Source: Flavobacteriales bacterium
GTDB taxonomy: Bacteria > Bacteroidota > Bacteroidia > Flavobacteriales_F > PHOS-HE28
DNA: 64,000 nt
Assembly (NCBI GenBank): GCA_023957375.1
Contig: JAMLHB010000003.1
Location: 461,342-525,341 of the forward strand
Reading direction: 5' to 3'
A program made the translations under genes and the position numbers. This document shows, piece after piece, positions 19,869 to 31,419 of this stretch. A model generated the notes under the pieces. That model made no database searches and was not told the origin of the DNA. It was given only the letters and a program-made list of their open reading frames with translations. Numbering within the stretch: position 1 is the first letter of the stretch; every line of letters begins with the position of its first letter.

Positions 19869-21093
19869 GAGTAATGGACAAAAAGAATGGTCTTTTTGAG
19901 ACGTTGAGTCCAAGTGGACAAAACGAATGGTCGGTTTTTCAACAGATGAGCCAGTGTTGTGAGGCATTTCCCAACTTCGCATGTCGGGCCAAACGGAAGC
20001 AGGCTCTGCTGGAGAGCAACCTGCCAGGGATAGCCCGATGACCGAGAAATGATCGGAAGGGAGCGGGAACCTTATGGTTGCCCGTTCCCATTTCGAGGTC
20101 CACATGCCTTAAAAAACTCATCGATGAACTTGCGTTTCCGGGTTGCAGACAGGCCATTGTGGTTGCGCAGTTTGTTCTTCAGGCCGGCGAACATGCCATC
20201 GATAGCGTTGGTGGTGTTCGGGATGCCCAACCCAGGGTGGTCGTACCAAGTGAATAGCCATGGGAGGTTCCGCCGTAGGCTCAGGTAAGCGCTGCGCAGC
20301 CTGCGGTGGGTGTAGCGTGACCGCCCGGTGGCAGCCTCCACGCTGCGTTCAGCGAGGAACGCTGCCCAGCGTTCGTGCCATTGTCCAAGCCCGCCTACGA
20401 AGCTCTCCTTGTCGGTCTTGGTGAGGAGTTGGACCAGGGTCCTCAACTCCTGAGCGGCCAGTAGCTTGGGCCTTCTGGTCAAGTAGCGGGTGATGATCGC
20501 CACCTGATGGAACTGGCACATCTGCGCGGGCATTCCGGAGCACAACTGCAGCAGTCCTCTTCGACCGTCGCAGACGACTGCCTTTATGGCGATGCCCTTG
20601 TCGCGCAAGTGAGCCAAGCCCTCAGCGTACAACTGATTGGTCTCGTACTTCACGTAACACCAATAGAGCACCTGGCCGCTGAGGGCATCACGGAACACCA
20701 TTACTCCAAAGCTCCGGCCGAAGTAGGTCGTGTCCATGAGAACCACTGCTTCACTCGGCTGCGTCAGCTCCTGCCCGGCACCCTCGTACTGGTCAAGCCT
20801 GCGTTGAATGGTCCGGGCCGAACAGCCATGCTTGGCCGCGAGTTGCTCGTAGGTCTGCTTCCCTGACTGGTACTCCCACCACAACTCCTTCGCGCTTACC
20901 CGGTATCCACCCCTGAACTGCTTGCCGCAGCTATGGCATCTAAAGCGCTGAACCTTCCTTACAACCCCGTATTTCTGGGTGTGGCGCGAACCGCAGTGGG
21001 GGCAGTTTTTTTGTTCATGACCTTTGAATCGCCCCTAACCTATGATAGGCAAGGCTTTTCGAAGAATGGACCATTCGTTTTGTCCATTAACCC
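19869..21093 (-). mobile_element. insertion sequence, 1225 bp, single DDE transposase gene
   Basis: The terminal inverted repeats are GAGTAATGGACAAAAAGAATGGTC (left) and GGGTTAATGGACAAAACGAATGGTC (reverse complement of the right end). The 19-nt IR core occurs at 19874-19892, again at 19914-19932, and inverted at 21069-21087. There is a 9-bp TSD, and GC is visibly lower than in the flanks. Confidence 0.87.
20072..21018 (-). CDS. DDE transposase with N-terminal CxxC...CxxC zinc ribbon; the start codon is out of frame by 1 nt at an A7 run
   Basis: The main frame reads ...NCPHCGSRHTQKYGVVRKVQRFRCHSCGKQF...DTTYFGR...VVCDGRRG...TTNAIDGMFAGLKNKLR. The only upstream ATG (21016-21018) is followed by AAC AAAAAAA, and reaching the main frame needs a -1 shift or an eighth A. 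I cannot assign the family from memory (IS1-, IS1595- or IS256-variant-like). Confidence 0.75.
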
Positions 21094-21102
21094 TAAATGA
21101 CG
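21094..21102. repeat. 9-bp target-site duplication TAAATGACG (right)
   Basis: See 19860-19868. Confidence 0.8.
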
Positions 21103-21163
21103 CCTTTGGGAGGCCATGGCCACGCCCATCGTTCGGGTTATCGATCGCGGCCCGGCGCACCGT

Positions 21164-23170
<2,007 letters not shown>

Positions 23171-23377
23171 GGGAGCGCGAAGTTACGGGCCGCATCCAGC
23201 TTGCACTTGACGCCCAAGGCTTGAAACCCGGGGCCATCCACCACAAACCTCAAGCCGCCGGGGCACCCCACACTTCCGCCCTCCTCCCGGCGTTGTGCTG
23301 AACAAGGGCCTGTGGACGATCGGCCCGCGATCTGCGCCAGACGACCTGAATTCCCCGATAATTTTCGCACCTTGCCC

Positions 23378-26047
23378 ATGTTGCGCCTGCTCCGTCGCTT
23401 CGCCCTGATCACCATGGCCGTACTGGCCATGGTGATCATCGCGTTGGCTGCCATTGGATATTTCTTCCAGGACAAGGTGAAGGCCAAGCTGGTGGCCGAG
23501 CTGAACACCCACCTCACTGCGCCTTTGCACCAGGACGGCATCGAGCTCACGCTCATCAAGCGCTTTCCGCAGGCCTCCCTGCGCATCCGCAATGCGTACA
23601 TGCAAGAGGTGCGCACCGACGGCCAACCGGCGGACACGCTGCTCTATGCCGAAGACATTTACTTGGAGTTCAGCCTTCTTTCGTTGCTAACGGGCGAGCA
23701 TGTGGTGCGTGAGGTGCACGGCAACAACGTGAAACTCTACCCCGGCCTGGACGCGAACGGCGCGGAGAACTGGGCGGTGTGGAAGGCGGATACCGCCGCT
23801 ACCCCCACCGGGGAGCACACGGGCATCGACCTGCGGCGCGTCACATTCAAGGGCTTGGGCGGCCGGTTCCGCGATGCCCGAACGGGGCTGGAGGTGGCTT
23901 GCACCAGCGAAAAGCTCGCGCTGCGCGCCCACTTTCGCGATGAGGGCTCGCACCTTGCCGCCAAGGGAGACATCCGGCTGCGGCAATGGGCCAAACAGGG
24001 CGAACTGCTGTTGGCCGACCGCCAAGCGGTATTAGACGCCACCATGGCCTTCGGAGGGCCTTCCGGCGGCTTCCGGGTGGAGAAGGCCGAGCTCCTTTTC
24101 GGCAGGAACACCGTGAACCTTGTCCTGGCGGTGGAGGAAGGCAAGCGCGGGGATGAGCTGGACCTGCGCGCCAACGGCTTCAACCTGGACCTGGCCGACA
24201 TGGTGCAACTGCTGCCCGATGCCCTGCGCAAGGCCATCCATCGGTACGGCGTGGCGGGCCGGGCCGACCTCGCCCTGCACTTCAGCGGCCCACTGGACCA
24301 GGACGGGCCGGCACTTTCCATCGGCATGAAGCTGCACGACGGGCGCTTCACCGAACTGGCATCCCGCACGGTGTTCCGCAAGGTGCAGGGTGAATTCGCC
24401 GCCGACTTCTCGCCGCAATGGGCACCGAAAAAGTTGGTGGTGAAAAACTTCACCGCCACCTCGCCGTCCGGGCCGGTGGCGGGCAACGTGGAACTGGCCG
24501 GCACGCAAAACGCCAAGCTCACCGCCAACATCCGTGCCGACCTGGACCTTGCCGACTTGCTGCGCTTCGCCGGATTGGACACGCTCGAACAGGTCTCCGG
24601 CCGCCTGAAGGCCGAAGCCCGGGCCGTGGGCAAACTGCGCGATGCGGCGGACATCAAGGCCTCCGACCTGCGCAACTTGGCCATCAGTGGCAAGGTGGCC
24701 CTGAAGGACGCCAGCCTGAAGATGAAGGGCCTGCGCCACCGCGTGACCGCGCTGAACGCCGACCTGGCGCTGAACGGCAACGATGCCACCGTGCACGGCC
24801 TGCGCTTCCTGCTGCAGGGCAATGCCATGGAGCTCTCCGGCACGCTGCGCAACCTGATGCCCTTCGCCCTGTTCAAGCACCAGCGGCTCATCATCGAGGC
24901 CAAGGGGGATGCGCCGGTGATCGACCTCGCCTCGCTGCTGGAGGCCCCGGGCACCGCCGCGGCCGGAGCGCAACCGGCATACGCCTTCACGCTGCCCGCA
25001 CTGATCGACCTGGACCTCAAGGCCCGCATCGGCACCCTGAAGATGGAGCGCTTCCAAGCCGACAACATCGTGTGCCGCTTGCGCATCACCGGCCAGCAGC
25101 TGGCCCTGGAGCCACTCTCGTTCAATACCGCGGATGGCCGCGTGGCCGGCAGCCTCAGCCTGGACGCCCGTTCGGCCAGCGCCTATCCCTTGGCCATCAA
25201 CGCAGACCTCAAAGGCATTGATGTGACCAAGCTCTTTGCCGAATTCCAAAACTTCGGGCAGCAATTCATCACCGATGCCCACGTGAAGGGCAAGGGCGAT
25301 GCACAGGTCCGCTTCACCGCACCCCTGCGGCCAGACTTCAGCCTGGACCAACCCAAGCTGCACTGCGTGGCCGACATCATCCTGCGCAACGGCGAGCTGA
25401 ACAACCACGCATCCCTGCTGGCCGTGGCCGACTACCTGCAGCAAAACAAGCTGATCGCCCCCTTCGTGGACGCCGGCGCGTTGCGCAAGGAGCTGAAGCA
25501 CGTTTCCTTCGCCAAGCTGGAGAACCGGATCGAGATCAAGGACCGCGCCGTGTATCTGCCGCTGATGACCGTGAGCAGCTCGGTGATGGACCTGGAGGTA
25601 AGCGGCACCCACTGGTTCGACGGCGCGGTGGACGACCACCTGAATTTCCGCCTGGGCGACCTGTTCCGTTCGGGCAAGGGCAGCGATGATGAATTTGGGC
25701 CGGTGATCGACGACGGCACCGGCCTGCGCATCTTCCTGCACATGTACGGCACCACCGACAACCTGCAGTTCGGTCACGACGGTGCCATGGCGGCCGCGCG
25801 CCGCAAGGAGCGCATGAAGCAGGAATCCGCCCAGCTCAAGGGCATCCTCAAGGGTATCGTTTCCGGGAAGGGAACGGCCAGCGCCGAAGTGCCAAAAACC
25901 CAGCAGCAAGGGCGCATCACCGTGGATTTCGGAAAGGAGGAAGACCTTGCTGCACCCGTTCCGGCACCGAAACCGAAGAAGGGCCTTGGCCGTCTGCTGC
26001 AGAAGAACGACCAAGAAGAACCGAAGGTGACCATCGGAGTGGAATAG
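23378..26047 (+). CDS. AsmA-family / AsmA-like C-terminal-region protein, 889 aa
   Basis: Start at ATG 23378 gives an N-terminal TM anchor (LRRFALITMAVLAMVIIALAAIGYFF). The body is long and beta-rich, as in AsmA/TamB-like proteins. Confidence 0.75.
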   Translation: MLRLLRRFALITMAVLAMVIIALAAIGYFFQDKVKAKLVAELNTHLTAPLHQDGIELTLIKRFPQASLRIRNAYMQEVRTDGQPADTLLYAEDIYLEFSLLSLLTGEHVVREVHGNNVKLYPGLDANGAENWAVWKADTAATPTGEHTGIDLRRVTFKGLGGRFRDARTGLEVACTSEKLALRAHFRDEGSHLAAKGDIRLRQWAKQGELLLADRQAVLDATMAFGGPSGGFRVEKAELLFGRNTVNLVLAVEEGKRGDELDLRANGFNLDLADMVQLLPDALRKAIHRYGVAGRADLALHFSGPLDQDGPALSIGMKLHDGRFTELASRTVFRKVQGEFAADFSPQWAPKKLVVKNFTATSPSGPVAGNVELAGTQNAKLTANIRADLDLADLLRFAGLDTLEQVSGRLKAEARAVGKLRDAADIKASDLRNLAISGKVALKDASLKMKGLRHRVTALNADLALNGNDATVHGLRFLLQGNAMELSGTLRNLMPFALFKHQRLIIEAKGDAPVIDLASLLEAPGTAAAGAQPAYAFTLPALIDLDLKARIGTLKMERFQADNIVCRLRITGQQLALEPLSFNTADGRVAGSLSLDARSASAYPLAINADLKGIDVTKLFAEFQNFGQQFITDAHVKGKGDAQVRFTAPLRPDFSLDQPKLHCVADIILRNGELNNHASLLAVADYLQQNKLIAPFVDAGALRKELKHVSFAKLENRIEIKDRAVYLPLMTVSSSVMDLEVSGTHWFDGAVDDHLNFRLGDLFRSGKGSDDEFGPVIDDGTGLRIFLHMYGTTDNLQFGHDGAMAAARRKERMKQESAQLKGILKGIVSGKGTASAEVPKTQQQGRITVDFGKEEDLAAPVPAPKPKKGLGRLLQKNDQEEPKVTIGVE

Positions 26048-26146
26048 CCGAAATTCGCCCATGGGCAATTCGCCGATGTGTGCCGGCGGATCGCCCAGTG
26101 AGTTGAACCTTTGGCAACTTGTCCGGCCGACGAATTGGGAAATTGA

Positions 26147-27652
26147 ATGAACCTTTACTCCCGCAAGCAACGCTGGAAGCTGGTCCTCGCCCTGCTGGCA
26201 CTGGCCATTGTGGGAGCCTCGCTTTGGTACAGCAACCGCATCGTGAACAAGGTGAGGCAGGAGGAGCGGCGCAAGGTGGAATTATGGGCCGAGGCCGTGC
26301 GCAACCGCGCCCAACTGGTGAACTACACCGACTCGCTCTTCCACCGGCTGCGCTTGGAGGAACGCAAGCGCGTGGAGCTGTGGGCCGATGCCCAGGTGCA
26401 CCTGGCCAGCGACGACGTGAACGACCTGAGCTTCTACCTGAAGGTGGTGAGCGAGAACACCACCATCCCGGTGATCATCACCGACGACAAGGGCCGCCCC
26501 GTGGCCAGCCGCAACGTGGACCCGCGCGTGGAGCACGACAGCGATTCGCTGCGGGCCGAGGCCGCGCGCATGGACGCCGCGCACGAGCCCATCCCCATCA
26601 CCCTGTACGGCAGCCGCCGCCAATACCTGCACTACAAGGATTCGCACATCGTCACCGAGCTGGAACAGGTGATGGACAACATCATCCGCAGCTTCATCAG
26701 CGAGACGGTGATGAACACCGCCGCCGTGCCGGTGATCTACACGGACAGCACCCGGGCACGGGTGATCGAACACAGCAACATCGACCCGGAGGTGATGGCG
26801 GACAGCATGTTGCTGCGCGCGCGCATCCTGGCCATGGGCCAGGCCAACCCGCCCATCGAGGTTTCGCTGGCAGGGCGCGGCAGGCACTACATCTTCTACG
26901 AGGAGAGCCGCGTGATCACTCAACTGCGCTACTTCCCCTACGTGCAGCTCATCATCATTGGTCTGTTCCTGTTGGTGAGCTACGCCCTGTTCAGCCTGTT
27001 CCGCAACGCCGAGCAGAACCAGGTGTGGGTGGGCATGGCCAAGGAAACCGCGCACCAGCTAGGCACGCCCCTCAGTTCGCTGATGGCCTGGATGGAGCTG
27101 CTGAAGGAGAACGGCGCAGACCCCGCGGCCGTGGGCGAAATGCGCAAGGACGTAGCCCGCTTGGAGACCATCACCGAGCGCTTCAGCAAGATCGGCTCCG
27201 CACCCGACCTGGTGCCGGAAAACCTGGACCGCACCCTACGTGAAACCGTTCAGTACCTGCGCCCGCGCATGCCATCACGGGTGAAGATCGATGTAGCCCC
27301 GCCCCATAACCCGGACCTGGCCGTACCGCTGAACCGCGCATTGTTCAGCTGGGTACTGGAAAACCTGATCCGCAATGCGGTGGATGCCATGGAGGGCGAA
27401 GGAAGCATCACCATCGGCACCGAACAGGATGGGAACAAGGTGCATGTGGATGTTACCGATACCGGCAAAGGCATTCCCGCATCGAAGGCCAAGACCGTGT
27501 TCCGCCCCGGCTACACCACGAAGAAACGCGGATGGGGACTGGGCCTCTCACTCACCAAGCGCATCATGGAAAGCTACCACAAAGGCAAGATCTTCGTGAA
27601 GCGCTCCGCACCGGGAAAGGGGACCACATTCCGGATCACCTTGAGGGGGTAA
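26147..27652 (+). CDS. sensor histidine kinase, 501 aa
   Basis: Two TM segments. H-box ETAHQLGTPLSSLMAWMELL, N box LENLIRNAVDA, and G boxes DTGKGI / GWGLGLSL. Confidence 0.88.
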   Translation: MNLYSRKQRWKLVLALLALAIVGASLWYSNRIVNKVRQEERRKVELWAEAVRNRAQLVNYTDSLFHRLRLEERKRVELWADAQVHLASDDVNDLSFYLKVVSENTTIPVIITDDKGRPVASRNVDPRVEHDSDSLRAEAARMDAAHEPIPITLYGSRRQYLHYKDSHIVTELEQVMDNIIRSFISETVMNTAAVPVIYTDSTRARVIEHSNIDPEVMADSMLLRARILAMGQANPPIEVSLAGRGRHYIFYEESRVITQLRYFPYVQLIIIGLFLLVSYALFSLFRNAEQNQVWVGMAKETAHQLGTPLSSLMAWMELLKENGADPAAVGEMRKDVARLETITERFSKIGSAPDLVPENLDRTLRETVQYLRPRMPSRVKIDVAPPHNPDLAVPLNRALFSWVLENLIRNAVDAMEGEGSITIGTEQDGNKVHVDVTDTGKGIPASKAKTVFRPGYTTKKRGWGLGLSLTKRIMESYHKGKIFVKRSAPGKGTTFRITLRG

Positions 27653-27660
27653 CCCTGCCC

Positions 27661-28510
27661 GTCATTGCGAGCCCGCCTCGGGCGAAGCAATCCAGTACAG
27701 GAGCTTTAGGCTGGACTGCTTCGGCCCAGAGCCGCCTCGCAGTGACGAGCCATTGCAACACGTCATTGCGAGCCCGCCTCGGGCGAAGCAATCCAGTACA
27801 GGAGCTGTAGGCTGGACTGCTTCGGCGCAAAAGCCGCCCCGCAGTGACGAACCATTGCAACACGTCATTGCGAGCCCGCCTCGGGCGAAGCAATCCAGTA
27901 CAGAAGCTTAGGCTGGACTGCTTCGGCGCAAAAGCCGCTCCGCAGTGACGAGCCATTGCAACACGTCATTGCGAGCCCGCCTCGGGCGAAGCAATCCAGT
28001 ACAGGAGCTTTAGGCTGGACTGCTTCGGCGCAAATGCCGCCTCGCAGTGACGAGCCATTGCAACACGTCATTGCGAGCCCGCCTCGGGCGAAGCAATCCA
28101 GTACAGGAGCTTTAGGCTGGACTGCTTCGGCGCAAAAGCCGCCTCGCAGTGACGAGCCATTGCAACACGTCATTGCGAGCCCGCCTCGGGCGAAGCAATC
28201 CAGTACAGGAGCTGTAGGCTGGACTGCTTCGGCGCAAAAGCCGCCTCGCAGTGACGAGCCATTGCAACACGTCATTGCGAGCCCGCCTCGGGCGAAGCAA
28301 TCCAGTACAGGAGCTGTAGACTGGACTGCTTCGGCGCAAAAGCCGCCTCGCAGTGACGAACCATTGCAACACGTCATTGCGAGCCCGCCTCGGGCGAAGC
28401 AATCCAGTACAGGAGCTTTAGGCTGGGCTGCTTCGGCGCAAAAGCCGCCTCGCAGTGACGAGCTCATTGCAACACGTCATTGCGAGCCCGTTGAGTGCGA
28501 AGCAATCCAT
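27661..28510. repeat. tandem array: 8 full plus 1 partial copies of a 101-103-bp unit, each made of two inverted REP-like palindromes
   Basis: Units start (GTCATTGCGAG) at 27661, 27762, 27864, 27965, 28067, 28169, 28271 and 28373, with a partial unit at 28476. The units are near-identical with scattered substitutions. Confidence 0.95.
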
Positions 28511-29702
28511 GGTATGGCTTCACGCCTGGCCTGCACCCCGGCAGTGCGGCCGTAGAGTGGAACCGTCCCACCTTTGCCCCGTGGTCGGCCTCTACTTCCA
28601 TATCCCTTTCTGCCACCGGGCGTGCACCTACTGCGATTTCCATTTCAGTACCTCGCTGCGCACCAAGGAACCGGTGCTGGCCGCCATGCGGAAGGAGCTG
28701 CGCGATCGCATGGGTGAACTGGCGGGCGCCCCGTTGGCCACCATCTATTTCGGCGGTGGCACGCCCAGCCTGCTTTCCCCGCAGGAACTTGGCCTGTTGT
28801 TGGACGATGCACGTTCCGTGGCCCGGGTGGAGCAGAATGCAGAGGTCACCGTGGAGGCCAACCCGGATGATGTGACCGCTGAAATCCTGCACGCTTGGCG
28901 CAGCATCGGCATTACGCGCGTCAGCCTCGGCATCCAAAGCTTCCGTGAAGAAAGGCTGCGGTGGATGAACCGCTCGCACAATGCAGCCCAGTCGCAACGC
29001 GCCATTGAGCTGGTGGCCAAAGCAGGATTGGACTCCTGGACCATCGACCTGATCTACGGCCTGCCCGGCATGAACATGGCCGAATGGGACGAGCAGCTCT
29101 CCATCGCCCTGCAACACGGCATGCCCCACCTCAGCGCTTACTGCCTCACGGTGGAAAAACGCACCGCCCTGCACAAGCAAGTGGCCACGGGGCGCGTTCG
29201 CCTTCCCGATGATGGCCAACAGGCGAATCAGTTCCTACACCTCGTTCAGCGCATGGAAGGGGCCGGCCTGCTGCAGTATGAGATCAGCAACTTCGGGCGT
29301 GAAGGGCATTTTGCCAAGCACAACACCAGCTACTGGAAAGGCGTGCCCTACTTAGGCATCGGGCCGTCGGCGCATTCGTTCGACGGCGTGCAGCGCCGCT
29401 GGAACGTGGCCAACAACGTGCGCTACGCGGATGGCGTGGAACAGGGAACCGTGTACTGGGAAGAAGAAACCCTGACGGAAAACCAGCGCATCAACGAACG
29501 CGTGCTCACCGGCCTGCGCACCATGTGGGGCGTGGAGCTGGCCGCGCTCGGCAATTGGTTCCACAAGACCAATGAAGCCGTGATCCAGCATTACTTTGCG
29601 CTGGATGAACTGGAAATGCGCGACGGACGATTGATCCTCACCCCGAAAGGGAGGAACTTCGCGGACCGCATCGCCTCGGACCTGTTCCTGCCCGCCGAAT
29701 GA
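28509..29702 (+). CDS. hemW: radical SAM heme chaperone HemW (HemN-like, oxygen-independent coproporphyrinogen oxidase family)
   Basis: It carries the motif GLYFHIPFCHRACTYCDFHF. The start is uncertain: ATG 28509 lies inside the last partial repeat unit, and GTG 28557 or 28581 are alternatives closer to the conserved N-terminus. Confidence 0.87.
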   Translation: MVWLHAWPAPRQCGRRVEPSHLCPVVGLYFHIPFCHRACTYCDFHFSTSLRTKEPVLAAMRKELRDRMGELAGAPLATIYFGGGTPSLLSPQELGLLLDDARSVARVEQNAEVTVEANPDDVTAEILHAWRSIGITRVSLGIQSFREERLRWMNRSHNAAQSQRAIELVAKAGLDSWTIDLIYGLPGMNMAEWDEQLSIALQHGMPHLSAYCLTVEKRTALHKQVATGRVRLPDDGQQANQFLHLVQRMEGAGLLQYEISNFGREGHFAKHNTSYWKGVPYLGIGPSAHSFDGVQRRWNVANNVRYADGVEQGTVYWEEETLTENQRINERVLTGLRTMWGVELAALGNWFHKTNEAVIQHYFALDELEMRDGRLILTPKGRNFADRIASDLFLPAE

Positions 29703-30457
29703 TCGCCGAGATCACCCACCAAGGCCGTGTTTGGCGCATTGCGCTGGACAGGCCCATCGACCTCAGCATCCCGTTGGACCCGCAGGGAGGCCCGCGCGCC
29801 TGGTACGTGGGCCCGCCCGCCTTCACGCCCGTGGAGCATGGGGGCAAACCCTTTTCAGTGGCCGACGGGGCGGCGGTGAACTTCCGCGATGTGCGCTTCA
29901 ACCCGCATGGCAATGGCACGCACACCGAGGGCGTGGGGCACATCGCCCGCATAGTGCACCCGGTTGGCAGCAGTTTCCAGCGCTATTGGTTCACTGCGCA
30001 GTTGGTAAGCGTACTGCCCGAGGAACGGCGCACACCCCAAGGTCCGGCACGGGTGATCACCATGGAACAGCTGCGCAGCACGGTGAATGACCGCCCGCCC
30101 GAGGCATTGGTGATCCGCACCTGGCCCAATGGTCCGGAAAAGCGCTCCAGAGACTGGAGCGACACCGACCCGCCCTTCGTGGAAGCGGGCGCCTGCGCGT
30201 GGCTGCGCAGCATCGGGGTGAAACACCTGCTGCTGGACCTGCCCAGCGTGGACCGCGAACGCGACGAGGGCAAACTGGTGGCGCACCACGCCTTCTGGGG
30301 CTATCCGCGCAGCACCGACCTCAGTCGCACCATCACCGAGATGATCTACGTGCCGGACGATGTACGCGACGGCGAATTCCTGCTGGAACTGCAGGTCCCG
30401 CATTTCATCAACGATGCCGCACCCAGCCGGCCCGTGTTGTACGCGCCCCTGCCATGA
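29699..30457 (+). CDS. cyclase family protein (kynurenine formamidase-like)
   Basis: It has an HxGTHxD-type motif region (NPHGNGTHTEGVGH) and ATGA start/stop overlaps on both sides. Confidence 0.75.
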   Translation: MIAEITHQGRVWRIALDRPIDLSIPLDPQGGPRAWYVGPPAFTPVEHGGKPFSVADGAAVNFRDVRFNPHGNGTHTEGVGHIARIVHPVGSSFQRYWFTAQLVSVLPEERRTPQGPARVITMEQLRSTVNDRPPEALVIRTWPNGPEKRSRDWSDTDPPFVEAGACAWLRSIGVKHLLLDLPSVDRERDEGKLVAHHAFWGYPRSTDLSRTITEMIYVPDDVRDGEFLLELQVPHFINDAAPSRPVLYAPLP

Positions 30458-30810
30458 ACATCGAACGCTTGCGCCAGCTGTGCCTACGGAAGCCCGGCGC
30501 GATCGAGGAAACCCCGTTCGGCCCGGAAACGCTGGTGTTCAAAGTGGGGGGCAAGATCTTCGCCCTTGCGGACATCGACCTTTTCAACGGGGTGAACCTG
30601 AAGTGCGATCCGGAGCGCGCCGTGGAGCTGCGCGAGGAGCATGGCGGCATCACCCCGGGCTACCACATGAACAAGCGGCACTGGAACACGGTGTCCACCG
30701 ATGGAAGCGTGAAGGACCTGCTGATCGAGGAGCTGCTGGCGCACAGCTATGCACTGGTGGTGGCCTCGTTGCCGAAGCAAGTGCAGGCCAGCCTGCAGCC
30801 TGAAGCCTGA
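30454..30810 (+). CDS. MmcQ/YjbR family DNA-binding protein, 118 aa
   Basis: Matches ETPFGPETLVFKVGGKIFAL...NLKCDPERAVELREEH..ITPGYHMNKRHWNTV. The ATG at 30454 overlaps the upstream stop. Confidence 0.8.
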   Translation: MNIERLRQLCLRKPGAIEETPFGPETLVFKVGGKIFALADIDLFNGVNLKCDPERAVELREEHGGITPGYHMNKRHWNTVSTDGSVKDLLIEELLAHSYALVVASLPKQVQASLQPEA

Positions 30811-30843
30811 CCCCGCCAATCCTGCGGGAAATATCTTCGCCAC

Positions 30844-31419
30844 ATGAACGGTAAGCGCAACTTGGGCCAATTGCTGCTCGGCTACTTCTTCCGCGGGCTG
30901 CTGCTGATCGTGCCCGTGGCAGTGATCGGCCTGGTGGGCTTCGAGGTCTTTGCGTGGCTGGACCAGATCGTGCACGTGGACATCCCCGGCCTGGGGTTGG
31001 TGATCGTGCTGGCCAGCGTGGTGTTGATCGGTTGGCTGGGCTCCACCTTCCTGTACCAGCGGTTGGCGGAGATCGGCGACGACCTGCTGGGCCGCATTCC
31101 CTTCCTGAAAACCGTGTACGACGCGCTGAAGGACCTGATGGAGGGCTTGGTGGGCAGCAAGAAGAAATTCGACCGCCCGGTGCTGATCACCCCGTTGGAC
31201 GGCTCGGGCCTCGGGCAGCTGGGCTTCCTGACGCAGGAAGACCTGGCCCACTTGGGGCTGGGTTCAGACCATGTGGCCGTGTATGTACCGTACAGCTTTG
31301 CATGGAGCGGCCGCCTGTTCATCGTGCCGGTGAAGTGCATCACCCCCATTGATGCCAAGGCCGCCGAGGTGATGAAGTTCATCCTCAGCGGCGGTGTAAC
31401 CCGCATGGACGAGGAATGA
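30844..31419 (+). CDS. DUF502 domain membrane protein
   Basis: Two N-terminal TM segments plus a conserved IPFLKTVYDALKDL region. Confidence 0.72.
   Translation: MNGKRNLGQLLLGYFFRGLLLIVPVAVIGLVGFEVFAWLDQIVHVDIPGLGLVIVLASVVLIGWLGSTFLYQRLAEIGDDLLGRIPFLKTVYDALKDLMEGLVGSKKKFDRPVLITPLDGSGLGQLGFLTQEDLAHLGLGSDHVAVYVPYSFAWSGRLFIVPVKCITPIDAKAAEVMKFILSGGVTRMDEE

Noticed and set aside
21003-21018. Calling the A7 site a proven programmed frameshift
   Set aside because: The shift would occur at codon 4 with no upstream ORF product of its own, unlike the IS1/IS3 two-ORF arrangements. A homopolymer indel or a sequencing error is at least as likely, so I report it only as a hypothesis.
27661-28510. Possible CRISPR array
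   Set aside because: The interval between the conserved palindromes is itself conserved in every unit, so there are no unique spacers. The unit is a composite of two inverted copies of the same element, and no cas genes are nearby.
27865-28555. ORFs of about 200 aa on both strands across the tandem array (27865-28467 minus, 27956-28555 plus), which could encode repeat proteins
   Set aside because: They exist only because the 102-bp period is a multiple of 3, and all frames are open simultaneously. The peptides are low-complexity images of palindromic DNA. No start context or signal is visible, and the region is better explained as REP/BIME-like DNA.
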